Below, piece by piece: positions 8,333 to 17,753 of a stretch of 64,000 nucleotides of DNA. The notes under the pieces were generated by a model. That model had not been told where the DNA came from. It saw nothing but the letters and a program-made list of their open reading frames with translations, and did not search any database. The translations under genes were made by a program, and so were the position numbers. How positions within the stretch are numbered: position 1 is the first letter of the stretch; each line of letters begins with the position of its first letter. Source of the stretch: an uncultured Candidatus Saccharibacteria bacterium (GTDB lineage Bacteria; Patescibacteriota; Saccharimonadia; Saccharimonadales; CAYLGV01); the NCBI GenBank assembly GCA_964394925.1, contig CAYMZG010000002.1, forward strand, positions 20,947-84,946, in the 5' to 3' direction.

Positions 8333-9130
8333 TCAACGTAGGGTGAAAGCGAGAATCAATAGGAGCCCCGTCACAATACGATAGTACCCGAAGATATATA
8401 ACCCGTGTTTGCTGAGAAAATGCAGCATAAAGCGAATCGCAAACAGACCGCTAATCATAGCCGTGAGCACACCAACAATTACCGCCCCGCGTTCATCACT
8501 GAACTGCTGCATAATGCCTTTTTCAGTAAAAACTTTTAGCACAGCGCCGGCTGTAATGGGAATACCGAGTAGGAATGAAAAACGGGTGGCCGCCACGCGG
8601 TCGAGGCCCGTAAACAAACCAGCCGTAATGGTACTACCGGAACGTGACACACCAGGAATAACGGCAATCGCTTGGGCAAAACCCATGGTCATTGCTTCTT
8701 TGGTATTCACATCTTCGAGTGCCGTGTGTGCTTTGCGTTTTTTGTAGTATTGCTCGGCCAGAATCATGATAAGACCAAACAGCAGCATGGTAGTACCTAC
8801 TAATCGGCCCGAACGGAAGACCGACTCCGCCGAACTCTCAAGCAGAAAACCAATAATGGCAGCTGGAATCGTAGCCGCAATCAGCAGCCACGTAAGGCGC
8901 GTTTCCTTACTTTTTACGAACAGTGATTTAGCGTATTTGATAAGATCTTTCCAGAAATATGCAATTAAGGCAATCAACGTACCGGCGTGCAACGCAACAT
9001 CGAAGGCGAGCCCGTTATTAAACACCCCGAGGGCATGGTGAGCTATCACCAAATGACCCGAAGAGGACACTGGAATAAACTCAGTTAGCCCCTGTATTAA
9101 CCCCAAAATGAATGCCTGAATAAGCGTCAT
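8333..9130 (-). CDS. uppP: Undecaprenyl-diphosphate phosphatase
   Basis: GLIQGLTEFIPVSSSGHL and PGVSRSGSTI BacA motifs. Confidence 0.96.
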   Translation of the reverse strand: MTLIQAFILGLIQGLTEFIPVSSSGHLVIAHHALGVFNNGLAFDVALHAGTLIALIAYFWKDLIKYAKSLFVKSKETRLTWLLIAATIPAAIIGFLLESSAESVFRSGRLVGTTMLLFGLIMILAEQYYKKRKAHTALEDVNTKEAMTMGFAQAIAVIPGVSRSGSTITAGLFTGLDRVAATRFSFLLGIPITAGAVLKVFTEKGIMQQFSDERGAVIVGVLTAMISGLFAIRFMLHFLSKHGLYIFGYYRIVTGLLLILAFTLR

Positions 9131-9149
9131 AATTCTCCTCTAGTATACG

Positions 9150-9947
9150 CTAACGTTGGTAAATATCGCGCTTCAGAAATATCACAGCCGACACCAAGAG
9201 AAAGACTGCCGAGACACCAAGCATCACCCACACATTGGTGGCGTGCAGGCCGTTAGCGGCAATACCAGGATTGTTGTAGTAATGGAACGGTGATAGCCGC
9301 TCAATTGTTTTGATGCCGCTCACGCTGGGCGCAAACGAGGTAAGCAAGTAGGTCGAAAAGGCGATCAACCCAGCAATACTACCCGAGAAGCCACGGCGAC
9401 CGCTAACAGCACCAATAGCAAAGCCAAGACTACCGAACAAGAACACAAGTAGCCACACACCTAAGGCAGCTTCGATAAGCCGCATAAAACTCATAGTTTC
9501 GTGAATAAGAATAAGCCCTACCCACACACCTACAACCGCCGTCATACAGATCACCAGGCTAACCACAATACCTGCCGCTAACTTTTCGATGTATACCTTA
9601 AAGCGTGAGACGGGTTGTGATAGCGCTGTTTGCAAGGTGCCCTCACCCTCCTCACCAGCGAGCAAGCCAGTAAATAGCATAATGCTCATAACCATCAGGA
9701 GCAGTGGCACGCGCAGTCCAAAGACTTCTTGCGACACATAACCAGGCACTGTTTTGAGCGAGCTCACATCACCAACAAGGCCCTTCATAGATTCGGGAAG
9801 ATTCTTCAGCGCTTCGTCGAATTGGCCACCCGAAAATGAGTGGTAAAAGGCCATCATGAGCAGGCACATACCAATCACGCCCAAACCCCAGAAAACGATT
9901 GACCAACGCTGTTGATACAGTGTTTTGGTAAAGATCGACTTAAACAT
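9150..9947 (-). CDS. ABC-2 type exporter permease
   Basis: Six TM segments; AGEEGEGTL..LSQPVSR; LSPFHYY; overlaps the ATPase gene. Confidence 0.88.
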   Translation of the reverse strand: MFKSIFTKTLYQQRWSIVFWGLGVIGMCLLMMAFYHSFSGGQFDEALKNLPESMKGLVGDVSSLKTVPGYVSQEVFGLRVPLLLMVMSIMLFTGLLAGEEGEGTLQTALSQPVSRFKVYIEKLAAGIVVSLVICMTAVVGVWVGLILIHETMSFMRLIEAALGVWLLVFLFGSLGFAIGAVSGRRGFSGSIAGLIAFSTYLLTSFAPSVSGIKTIERLSPFHYYNNPGIAANGLHATNVWVMLGVSAVFLLVSAVIFLKRDIYQR

Positions 9948-10833
9948 GATCGACCTCCTGGTAGTAGTGCATAAAGATCGACTCTAGATCAGCCTCGGTA
10001 ATGGTCACGTTTTGCACCTTATGTTTGGCCAGCAAACCAAGCACCACATTAATGTCGCCTGTCGATGTAAACTCAGTGTACTCATTGGTAGCATTTTGTA
10101 GCTTGGTGCCCTTTATTTTGCCAAGTTGCTCGAGTAGTTTCTTGTCTTTAGTGGTCACCCGAATATATCTGGTTGAGGTATCGGTTAGTTCCTTCATAGT
10201 CTTTGTAGCAACCAGCTCACCTTCACGAATGAAGGCCACATTATCACACAACGCTTCGACTTCGCTTAACACATGCGAAGAAATAAAAGCCGTTTTACCC
10301 GCTGCCTTGTGCTCAGCAATGATCTTGTTAAATTCAGCTTGCATGAGCGGGTCTAATCCACTCGTAGGTTCATCAAAAATAAGCAGCTCAGGCCTATGCA
10401 TGAGAGCTGAAATAAGTCCCACTTTTTGCCGATTACCACGTGATAAGTTCTTAAAGCGCTTGCTCAGATCACACTCTAGTCGGTCAGCCAGTTCCTGAAT
10501 ATATGCCTTATCGAAGCTACCGCGCAGGCTACCGTAGTACTTCAGCTGTTGCCAACCACTCAGGTCTTTGTCGAGCGCGAAATCACCTGCCAAAAAACCG
10601 ATGCGCTTACGGATCTCCACGCCTTGTTTGCGCGTATCCATGCCAAAAATTGTAATGTCGCCCGAAGTTGGTCGGATCAGATCCATCAGCATGCTAATGG
10701 TGGTGGTCTTACCCGCACCGTTAGGGCCAAGAAAACCCGTCACTTCACCCTCTTTTACGCTGAGGTTCAGATCACTCACGCCACGGCTCGTGCCATACAT
10801 CTTGGTCACGTGCTTGAGTTCAATAACTGCCAT
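9940..10833 (-). CDS. ABC exporter ATP-binding protein
   Basis: Walker A GPNGAGKTT; signature LSRGNRQ; Walker B LLIFDEPT; H-loop SSH. Confidence 0.95.
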   Translation of the reverse strand: MAVIELKHVTKMYGTSRGVSDLNLSVKEGEVTGFLGPNGAGKTTTISMLMDLIRPTSGDITIFGMDTRKQGVEIRKRIGFLAGDFALDKDLSGWQQLKYYGSLRGSFDKAYIQELADRLECDLSKRFKNLSRGNRQKVGLISALMHRPELLIFDEPTSGLDPLMQAEFNKIIAEHKAAGKTAFISSHVLSEVEALCDNVAFIREGELVATKTMKELTDTSTRYIRVTTKDKKLLEQLGKIKGTKLQNATNEYTEFTSTGDINVVLGLLAKHKVQNVTITEADLESIFMHYYQEVDHV

Positions 10834-10848
10834 ATTTGTATTGTACGC

Positions 10849-11304
10849 CTATGCGGGTTGAGCCTTGGTTTTTAACTCACTGAGGCGCGGAATAAAACTC
10901 TGAGCGGCGCCGTCAAGCCCGAGTACTTTCAGACTGCCAATCAGAACATACAAGGCATCGAGTTCGGCTTGTTCGAGCATGCTGGCCTGCTCAGCCTGCG
11001 TAAAACGGTGTTCAACTTTATCAACAAGCCACTTCTCTTCGTGCGGCTTGATCTCATTCGTTTGCAGCGGCGGGGTTTCGGACGTTTGAATCACCTCGAG
11101 CGAGCGCGCCGAATTGTCACGCTTTTTCAAATGACCACGCTTAATAAGACTATTTACATGTAATGCCACCGTAGCCACCGAGTTATAGCCCTGCCCAGCC
11201 ATGACTTCACGGTAACTGGGGCTGTAGCCGTGCTCGGCAATGAACGTTTCAATAAATGTCAGCAGCTCTTTTTGCTTTTTGGTAGGGCGAACAACCTCAG
11301 GCAT
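10849..11304 (-). CDS. LexA-type N-terminal winged-HTH protein lacking the S24 peptidase domain
   Basis: PTKKQKELL.FI..FIAEHGYSPSYRE...SVATVALHV..L...G.L....NSARSL; no Ala-Gly site and no Ser/Lys peptidase domain. Confidence 0.8.
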   Translation of the reverse strand: MPEVVRPTKKQKELLTFIETFIAEHGYSPSYREVMAGQGYNSVATVALHVNSLIKRGHLKKRDNSARSLEVIQTSETPPLQTNEIKPHEEKWLVDKVEHRFTQAEQASMLEQAELDALYVLIGSLKVLGLDGAAQSFIPRLSELKTKAQPA

Positions 11305-11857
11305 GACTTCTCCTTATGTTACTTTTACGTTTTGTAACGGTTTGCTTAGTGGTTTTCTTAGCCTTGCGTACATAGGCGGCGTGTCCGTGTGGGCGATGCG
11401 CTACATATGGTGCGTGCGGGCGTGGCTTTGGCTGTGACTTTTTCTTTACAAACTTCTCGGGGAAAACCCAGTACTTGTACCAGAAGTAGTTCCACACAGT
11501 GAAGAAGCCCGACGAAATAAACTGGCCGATGTACGGTGTAATTCCGACTGTTTTAAGGCCAAATACAATCAGATAATCCAGCACGAAATCGGTGAGCGTA
11601 ATAAAGATGTAACGGCCCGTAACCTCGGTTTGATGTTTCTTCAGTTCGGGGTTTCGGAATACCCAATAGCGTTGCAGCAAATAGTTAACTGTCCAGCCGA
11701 CGAGTGTTGAGATAGACTTCGCCCAAAAGAAGCTCGATTGAAAGCCTTTATCGAAGATAAAAAAAGTTAGGTAGCCCGACCAAAAATAGGCGCCACCACT
11801 GATCATATATTCGGTGAAACGCTTTATTTCTTTGGTTTGTTTTTTCTGAAGTTTCAT
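11297..11857 (-). CDS. GtrA-family membrane protein
   Basis: Four TM segments, NYLLQRYWVF and WNYFWYKYWVF; start moved to ATG 11857 because the longer ORF runs through the promoter TGCTATACT (11889-11881) and a repeat. Confidence 0.8.
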   Translation of the reverse strand: MKLQKKQTKEIKRFTEYMISGGAYFWSGYLTFFIFDKGFQSSFFWAKSISTLVGWTVNYLLQRYWVFRNPELKKHQTEVTGRYIFITLTDFVLDYLIVFGLKTVGITPYIGQFISSGFFTVWNYFWYKYWVFPEKFVKKKSQPKPRPHAPYVAHRPHGHAAYVRKAKKTTKQTVTKRKSNIRRSHA

Positions 11858-11898
11858 AATGCTTCTGCTTCTTGATAGATAGTATAGCATCGGGGTGG

Positions 11899-12010
11899 CG
11901 CCTGTACACATTTTGTTTGGAGGGGCTCGGTTTATAGTGCCAGAGGAAAGCCAAGAACAATTGTTCTTCTGGCGGCTTTCCGGACCCTACAAGTAAAATG
12001 CGTACAGACG
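11899..12010. repeat. Nested hairpin element, copy 2 (inverted relative to copy 1)
   Basis: Core 11945-11981 is 36/37 identical to the reverse complement of 7565-7601; 26-bp imperfect arms 11899-11924 / 11985-12010 (21/26 paired). Confidence 0.8.
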
Positions 12011-12031
12011 GTGATACAATAGTCACCAGAT

Positions 12032-13450
12032 ATGAAGAACAACGCCTCGGCTGTTTTCTCACTGTTTCTGATTGTCGGTGACTTCTTGGCATTAGTGGCC
12101 GCCTTTGCTGTGGCCTACTTTATGCGCTTCCGTTGGTTCGCCACACCCGGCACATCGACTGTCGCTGGACGTACTTACATTATTACTATTATTAGTGTGT
12201 TGCCGCTTTGGATTCTGGTAAATGGGCTGCTCGGCCTCTATAACCAGAGTGTTTATGATCGCCGCTTCCGCGAGATTGGCCGCCTGCTATTTGGTTCGTT
12301 CCTCGGCATTCTCATGGTGATTGGTTATGACTTTATGACAGAGGGCAAGCTGCTGCCTGGCCGCCTCGTGCCACTGTACGGCCTCATTATTGGCTTCACG
12401 TTTTTGGTTATTTTCCGCTCAATTGCCCGCTGGATCCGACATGCCCTGTTTAATTACGGTGTGGGCATCAGTAATATTTTGATTGTTGGTGACACGGCCG
12501 CCAGTTCCGAAATAGCCCGTATTATGTCTGATACGCGTAACACGGGGGTACGTATTGCCGGCATCGTGGACCATGACTCAAAAGATAAGTTCAAACACTT
12601 TAACAGCTTTGCCGAAGCGCTAGAGCAACTTGCCGAGGCACCGCACGGTATTATTCAGACCGAGCTGTACAAGTCTGCCGAACGTAACGACGAAATTCTA
12701 CAGTACGCCCAGACCAATCACATTTCGTACCGCTTTGTGCCTGGTAATAGTGATCTATTTGTTGGCAATATCACGGTTGAATTATTTGCAGGGCTGCCTG
12801 TTATTGCAGTGCACCAAACGCCGCTTATTGGCTGGGGACGCATCTTAAAACGCCTGTTTGACCTCGTTATAAGCCTCTGTTTACTTATTTTCTTGGCGCC
12901 ATTCCTTTTATTGATCGCTATTGTAAATAGAATTTGGGGTGGCGGTGTGTTCTTCAGGCAAGATCGCCTTACCCGTTTCAATAACACCTTCCGAGTTTAC
13001 AAATTCCGTACGCAATACAAGAAATATGACGGCACCACACCCGAAGAAGCCTTTGAGATGATGGGAAAACCAGAGCTAGCAAAAACGTACCGTGCTAATG
13101 GTGACTTTCTCGACAAAGATCCTCGTATCACTCCAATTGGACGCTTCCTGCGTAAAACCAGCTTAGACGAATTGCCCCAACTCATTAATGTCCTTAGGGG
13201 TGATATAAGTTTGGTGGGGCCCCGAGCGCTTATCCCTCAAGAACTGAATAAGTACGAGAAACGTCATAAGATCCTGAGCGTAAAGTCCGGATTAACTGGC
13301 CTGGCGGTGATTTCAGGGCGCAGGGATATCAGTTTCGAGGAGCGCCGTACGATTGATATGTATTATGTTCAGAATTGGTCATTTTGGCTTGATATCACCA
13401 TTTTACTTCGCACTATTCGTATTGTTATAAACGGCTCTGGAGCAAAGTAA
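12032..13450 (+). CDS. Undecaprenyl-phosphate sugar-1-phosphate transferase (WbaP/WcaJ/WsaP family)
   Basis: N-terminal TMs; KRLFD; KFRT; [36 protein letters not shown]; [10 protein letters not shown]. Confidence 0.95.
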   Translation: MKNNASAVFSLFLIVGDFLALVAAFAVAYFMRFRWFATPGTSTVAGRTYIITIISVLPLWILVNGLLGLYNQSVYDRRFREIGRLLFGSFLGILMVIGYDFMTEGKLLPGRLVPLYGLIIGFTFLVIFRSIARWIRHALFNYGVGISNILIVGDTAASSEIARIMSDTRNTGVRIAGIVDHDSKDKFKHFNSFAEALEQLAEAPHGIIQTELYKSAERNDEILQYAQTNHISYRFVPGNSDLFVGNITVELFAGLPVIAVHQTPLIGWGRILKRLFDLVISLCLLIFLAPFLLLIAIVNRIWGGGVFFRQDRLTRFNNTFRVYKFRTQYKKYDGTTPEEAFEMMGKPELAKTYRANGDFLDKDPRITPIGRFLRKTSLDELPQLINVLRGDISLVGPRALIPQELNKYEKRHKILSVKSGLTGLAVISGRRDISFEERRTIDMYYVQNWSFWLDITILLRTIRIVINGSGAK

Positions 13451-13454
13451 TCTC

Positions 13455-14567
13455 ATGCAGGCTAATGCGCCGAAAGCCGAGCCGCACCGAATCGCCATTG
13501 TGCATGACTGGCTAATTGCGGGTGGGGCTGAACAGGTAGTTGCTGCCCTTCACGAAATGTATCCAGGGGCGCCGATCTATACGTCGTATGCGACTGATGA
13601 GTGGCGTGAACGCCTCGATGGCAAAGTTGTAACGGGTTTTTTGCAGCATTTCCCACGCCTGCGCAAATATGTACCCTTCTTGCGTGCCTGGTGGTTCTCG
13701 CATTTAGATCTGTCTGGTTACGACCTAGTAATTAGTACTTCTGGGGCCGAAGCGAAAGGCATACGTGTGCCTGCTGGCGTAAAACATATCAATTATTGTC
13801 ACGCCCCAACACATTACTACTGGAGCCGTTATGACTCCTATATGGAAAACCCGGGCTTTGGCCCTTTCGACTGGCTAGCCCGGCTTGGCCTACGCCTGCT
13901 GGTTGGGCCAATGCGTCGCTGGGATTACAAAGCCGCCCAGCGCCCCGACGTTATGATTGCTAATTCTACACACATTGCCCATGAGATTAAGAAGTACTAT
14001 GGCCGCGACGCACAGGTTATATTCCCTCCAGTCGATGTCGAGAAGTTTGCTCCCGCTTCCGGCAGCAGACCAGTTAAGCGACACGGGTTTATTATTACTG
14101 GCCGGCAAACACCCTATAAGCGCGTCGACCTTGCTGTGTTGGCATGCTCGAAGCTCAACCTACCGTTAACCGTATACGGCACGGGGCCCGAGCACGAAAA
14201 GCTCAAAGCCATGGCCGGCCCAAGTGTAACGTTTGCGGGTTGGGCCGCTCGCGAAGATGTAACGAAGGGTTTGCAGACGGCCGAAGCGTTTTTGTTCCCT
14301 GGTGTTGACGATTTTGGCATTGCTCCCGTTGAAGCCCTAGCGGCTGGCACACCGGTTATTGCCTACAAAGCTGGTGGTGCCCTGGATTACGTGAAGCCAG
14401 GTGTAACCGGTGAGTTTTTTGAGAAGCAGACGGTTGAAAGCTTAATGGAATGCCTTAAGGCTTTTTCACTAACAGATTTCAAACCGGCTGAAATCTCAGA
14501 AAGCTCTAAACAGTTTAATGTCGCAATCTTTCAAAAGCATATGCGGCATTTGATAAACTCTGGGTAG
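13455..14567 (+). CDS. GT4 glycosyltransferase (WbaZ-like mannosyltransferase)
   Basis: IAIVHDWL..GGAEQV; YCHAP; DDFGIAPVEALAAGTPVIAY. Confidence 0.92.
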   Translation: MQANAPKAEPHRIAIVHDWLIAGGAEQVVAALHEMYPGAPIYTSYATDEWRERLDGKVVTGFLQHFPRLRKYVPFLRAWWFSHLDLSGYDLVISTSGAEAKGIRVPAGVKHINYCHAPTHYYWSRYDSYMENPGFGPFDWLARLGLRLLVGPMRRWDYKAAQRPDVMIANSTHIAHEIKKYYGRDAQVIFPPVDVEKFAPASGSRPVKRHGFIITGRQTPYKRVDLAVLACSKLNLPLTVYGTGPEHEKLKAMAGPSVTFAGWAAREDVTKGLQTAEAFLFPGVDDFGIAPVEALAAGTPVIAYKAGGALDYVKPGVTGEFFEKQTVESLMECLKAFSLTDFKPAEISESSKQFNVAIFQKHMRHLINSG

Positions 14568-14632
14568 ATAAGACTTGCTATAACACGTGTTTCTATAGAC
14601 AATGGCTGTATCAAGGAATCCTGGCAAAACAT

Positions 14633-15607
14633 ATGAAGAAATCAATTGCTGGCATAAATGGCTTTGGTCGCTTCGGGCTTCATTTGCTGCGATACTGGTC
14701 TGAACAAATAGACTCGGCAAGGTTTTCAATAAACTACATTAATGATTGCCGTCTTAGTCTTGCCGATATAGAGGCAATACTAGCCACTGATCGATATTTT
14801 TCTAATCATAACTACACGTTTGAAGAAAATGCTATACTTATTCACTTAAAGAATGGCTCAACTCATCGAGTTGAGTATACCAATGACAGTGATAGTGATA
14901 TAGCCTGGGTAGATAATGTTGAGTTATTTTTTGAATGTAGTGGCCAGCATACGGCTAATGATGATGCGCGACTCTTTATTGGCAAAAGAACACGCCATGT
15001 GCTCGTCTCTGCCACCATTGGCAAGCCAGATTTCATAGCTATTTATGGCTATAATCACCGAGAGTTACCAAGAGATCGTCACTTATTGTCGTATGGTTCA
15101 TGTACGGTAAATGCTTATGTGCCGATTGCCGCAATGATCAATGATGAGTTTGGGGTTATCGACAGCGATGTTAATGTTATCCATAATGTTCCTGAATACC
15201 AGTTGCAGAACTTTGACACGCTTAAACGTAAAGCATGCACCTTGCAGGCTGCTGCTCCAATGTTGTTGCCATTCATACACAACGACAACTTCTTAGTGAA
15301 TTACACCCTTGTACCTTATAGCAACGTATCAATAATGGACTTTCGCTTCAGGCTCCAAAACCATAAAGACAGGGATATCAAACAAGCTTTACTGCAAGGC
15401 ATAAGTGGTGGTGTATTAAATGACCTGTACGGGGTTGTGCAGAATGATAATGGCCCAGAAGAACATAAATTTACCACCGCTTCGGCTGTACTTGTAGAGT
15501 CGAGTATTCAACTTGTTGGTGACAATCTTTATTTTCAGGCATATTTTGATAATGAGAACTCGGTAAATAGATACTTTGATATAGGAAACTACCTAGCAAA
15601 TGGATGA
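14633..15607 (+). CDS. Divergent GAPDH-like NAD(P)-dependent dehydrogenase
   Basis: GINGFGRFG; FECSG; SYGSCTVN (canonical SNASCTTN); VIHN; YFDNE. Confidence 0.8.
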   Translation: MKKSIAGINGFGRFGLHLLRYWSEQIDSARFSINYINDCRLSLADIEAILATDRYFSNHNYTFEENAILIHLKNGSTHRVEYTNDSDSDIAWVDNVELFFECSGQHTANDDARLFIGKRTRHVLVSATIGKPDFIAIYGYNHRELPRDRHLLSYGSCTVNAYVPIAAMINDEFGVIDSDVNVIHNVPEYQLQNFDTLKRKACTLQAAAPMLLPFIHNDNFLVNYTLVPYSNVSIMDFRFRLQNHKDRDIKQALLQGISGGVLNDLYGVVQNDNGPEEHKFTTASAVLVESSIQLVGDNLYFQAYFDNENSVNRYFDIGNYLANG

Positions 15608-16334
15608 ATTAATGACCGAAAAAGTTGATGTGATCTTATTGTGTGGCGGTAAAGGTACGCGTCTACGTGATCTCATAAACGACAATCTGCCAAAATCACT
15701 GTTTAGGGTTGGTGGGCAAGAGTTGATACGGTACAGTCTCGATTCACTTGATGCACCATGTATCGAGAATGTAGTATTCGCGGTTGACTATCGAGCAGAG
15801 ATGATGAGCAATTGGCTGTCTGAGCAGTCATTTCCTTTCAATGTGCATCTCTCTAAACAGCGTAGACCGGGCATTACTGCAGCGATTGAAGCAGCTCTCC
15901 TTAAAACTGCAGCACCATTAATTGCTATTTGTAATACGGATGAGGTAAGGACTAATTTCACAATAACTCAACTATTAACCGCACATAGCACATTGGGCCA
16001 GCCCGCCATTATGTTGTCTACAATTAGTGGGAATTTATACCGACATCGAGTTTTGAATATTGATAACAGTGGCTTGATAATGAGCAGCGATTTGAAGGAT
16101 CAGCAATATAGAGAGAGGCCAGAGATTAGAGGTCTGGTGAACTGTGGTTTTTTATTATTTGAACGAAGTGCATTTGACTTGATCGATCTTGATCGGGGGG
16201 GAGACTGGGGTGCCCTTATTGACCCCCTTGTTGCACAACACAAAATGGCAGCATTGGAAATTGATAAAGTCAGATACTTCAATGTTGGTACGCCAGAGGA
16301 ATATGAGGAAGCCGAGAGCTACTTTACCTCGTAA
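15600..16334 (+). CDS. NTP-transferase family nucleotidyltransferase
   Basis: ILLCGGKGTRL...PKSL; NCGFLLF; NVGTPEEY. Confidence 0.88.
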   Translation: MDELMTEKVDVILLCGGKGTRLRDLINDNLPKSLFRVGGQELIRYSLDSLDAPCIENVVFAVDYRAEMMSNWLSEQSFPFNVHLSKQRRPGITAAIEAALLKTAAPLIAICNTDEVRTNFTITQLLTAHSTLGQPAIMLSTISGNLYRHRVLNIDNSGLIMSSDLKDQQYRERPEIRGLVNCGFLLFERSAFDLIDLDRGGDWGALIDPLVAQHKMAALEIDKVRYFNVGTPEEYEEAESYFTS

Positions 16335-16366
16335 CGATTCTCTCTGTTACACTGTAAAGGGAACAA

Positions 16367-17725
16367 ATGGAGGGTCTCGTGGACGCATCAATCGCTGAAA
16401 TCTTTAAATCATATGATATACGCGGCAAGGTTGGCACACAGCTGACCACCGAAACTGTTCGAGATATTGCACGGGCCTACGCTGATTGGCTGCCAACCGA
16501 AGGGACGGTGGCAGTGGGCCACGACATGCGCCCTGACTCCGCCGAGTTGGCTCACGCTTTCATGGAAGGCTTGCAAGCACAAGGCTATGATGTGTGGGAT
16601 ATTGGCCTCGTTACGAGCGACATGATTTATTTCGCTGTTGGCAAATGGAACCTCGCCGGTGGCGCAGTCATTACGGCCAGCCACAACCCGGGCGCCGACA
16701 ACGGCATTAAGCTGTACCGTGATCAGGTTATAGCCGTTGGCTTAGATGCTGGGCTTGCCTCAATTCGAGATAAATATTTAGCCGCTGATTTTAAGCCCGC
16801 CGCCGAAAAGCCAGGGACCATTACGCAGAAATCGATCACTGATGATTGGGTTGAGCACTGTCTGAAGTTTGTTCATGAACTACCTGCTTTTAACATCGCC
16901 ATCGATGCTGGTAACGGCATGGCCGGTGAGATTTTGCCGCACATTTTGCCAAAACTTCCCCTAAAAGCACAGCAAATGTATTTCGAGCTAGACGGCACGT
17001 TTCCCAATCATGAGGCCAACCCCCAGGTTGTCGAGAATCTTCGAGATCTTATAAAAGTAGTGATTGATGAAGGCTATGATTTTGGCATTGCCTTCGACGG
17101 CGACGGCGACCGCGCAGTGTTTGTAGACGATAAAGGCCGCCCAGTGCTCGGCACTGATCTACTCACCATGATCGCTAAGTTGTACCTAAATAAATACCCC
17201 GGCAGCAAGATCGTGCATGATGTACGCACCAGCCGCGCCACTCAAGAGTTCATTCGTGAATTTGGTGGCGAGCCAGTTCGCACTAAAGCTGGTCGCGTTA
17301 ACATTGGCAGCCTCATGCGCGAAGTAGGTGCACCGTTTGGTGGTGAGACCACCGGGCACATGTTCTTTAAAGAGAACTATGACGCCGACTCGGGTTTAAT
17401 AACTGCTTTGGTTGGTATGCAGGCCCTGGCCAACAGTGGCAAAAAGCTTTCTGAATTGGTTGACTCATACCGTACCTACGTTATGGTACCCGAAATCAAT
17501 CTCCATACCAGTGTTAGCAAGGATGAGGTGTTTGCCAAACTCAAAGAACTGTTCGCCGAAGGTGAGTTCGACGAACTCGATGGCCTGACCGTAAACTATC
17601 CTGATTATTGGTTTAACTTACGGGCGAGTAACACCGAACCAGTTATGCGCTTGAATGCCGAGGCCAGAACACAAGCTCAGCTCGATGAAGTCGTTGCAAA
17701 AGTCACACAGGTAACGGGTCAGTAA
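16367..17725 (+). CDS. manB: Phosphomannomutase/phosphoglucomutase
   Basis: FKSYDIRG; TASHNP; FDGDGDR; GGETTGH; RASNTEP. Confidence 0.93.
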   Translation: MEGLVDASIAEIFKSYDIRGKVGTQLTTETVRDIARAYADWLPTEGTVAVGHDMRPDSAELAHAFMEGLQAQGYDVWDIGLVTSDMIYFAVGKWNLAGGAVITASHNPGADNGIKLYRDQVIAVGLDAGLASIRDKYLAADFKPAAEKPGTITQKSITDDWVEHCLKFVHELPAFNIAIDAGNGMAGEILPHILPKLPLKAQQMYFELDGTFPNHEANPQVVENLRDLIKVVIDEGYDFGIAFDGDGDRAVFVDDKGRPVLGTDLLTMIAKLYLNKYPGSKIVHDVRTSRATQEFIREFGGEPVRTKAGRVNIGSLMREVGAPFGGETTGHMFFKENYDADSGLITALVGMQALANSGKKLSELVDSYRTYVMVPEINLHTSVSKDEVFAKLKELFAEGEFDELDGLTVNYPDYWFNLRASNTEPVMRLNAEARTQAQLDEVVAKVTQVTGQ

Positions 17726-17753
17726 AGCGCCCTTTTGTTGCTATACTAAACAG

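Noticed and set aside
7565-11981. The two 37-bp cores as CRISPR repeats or as ends of a composite transposon around uppP-ABC-lexA-gtrA
   Set aside because: There are only two copies 4.4 kb apart, no spacer array or cas genes, no transposase between them and no target duplication seen; the enclosed genes look like housekeeping genes.
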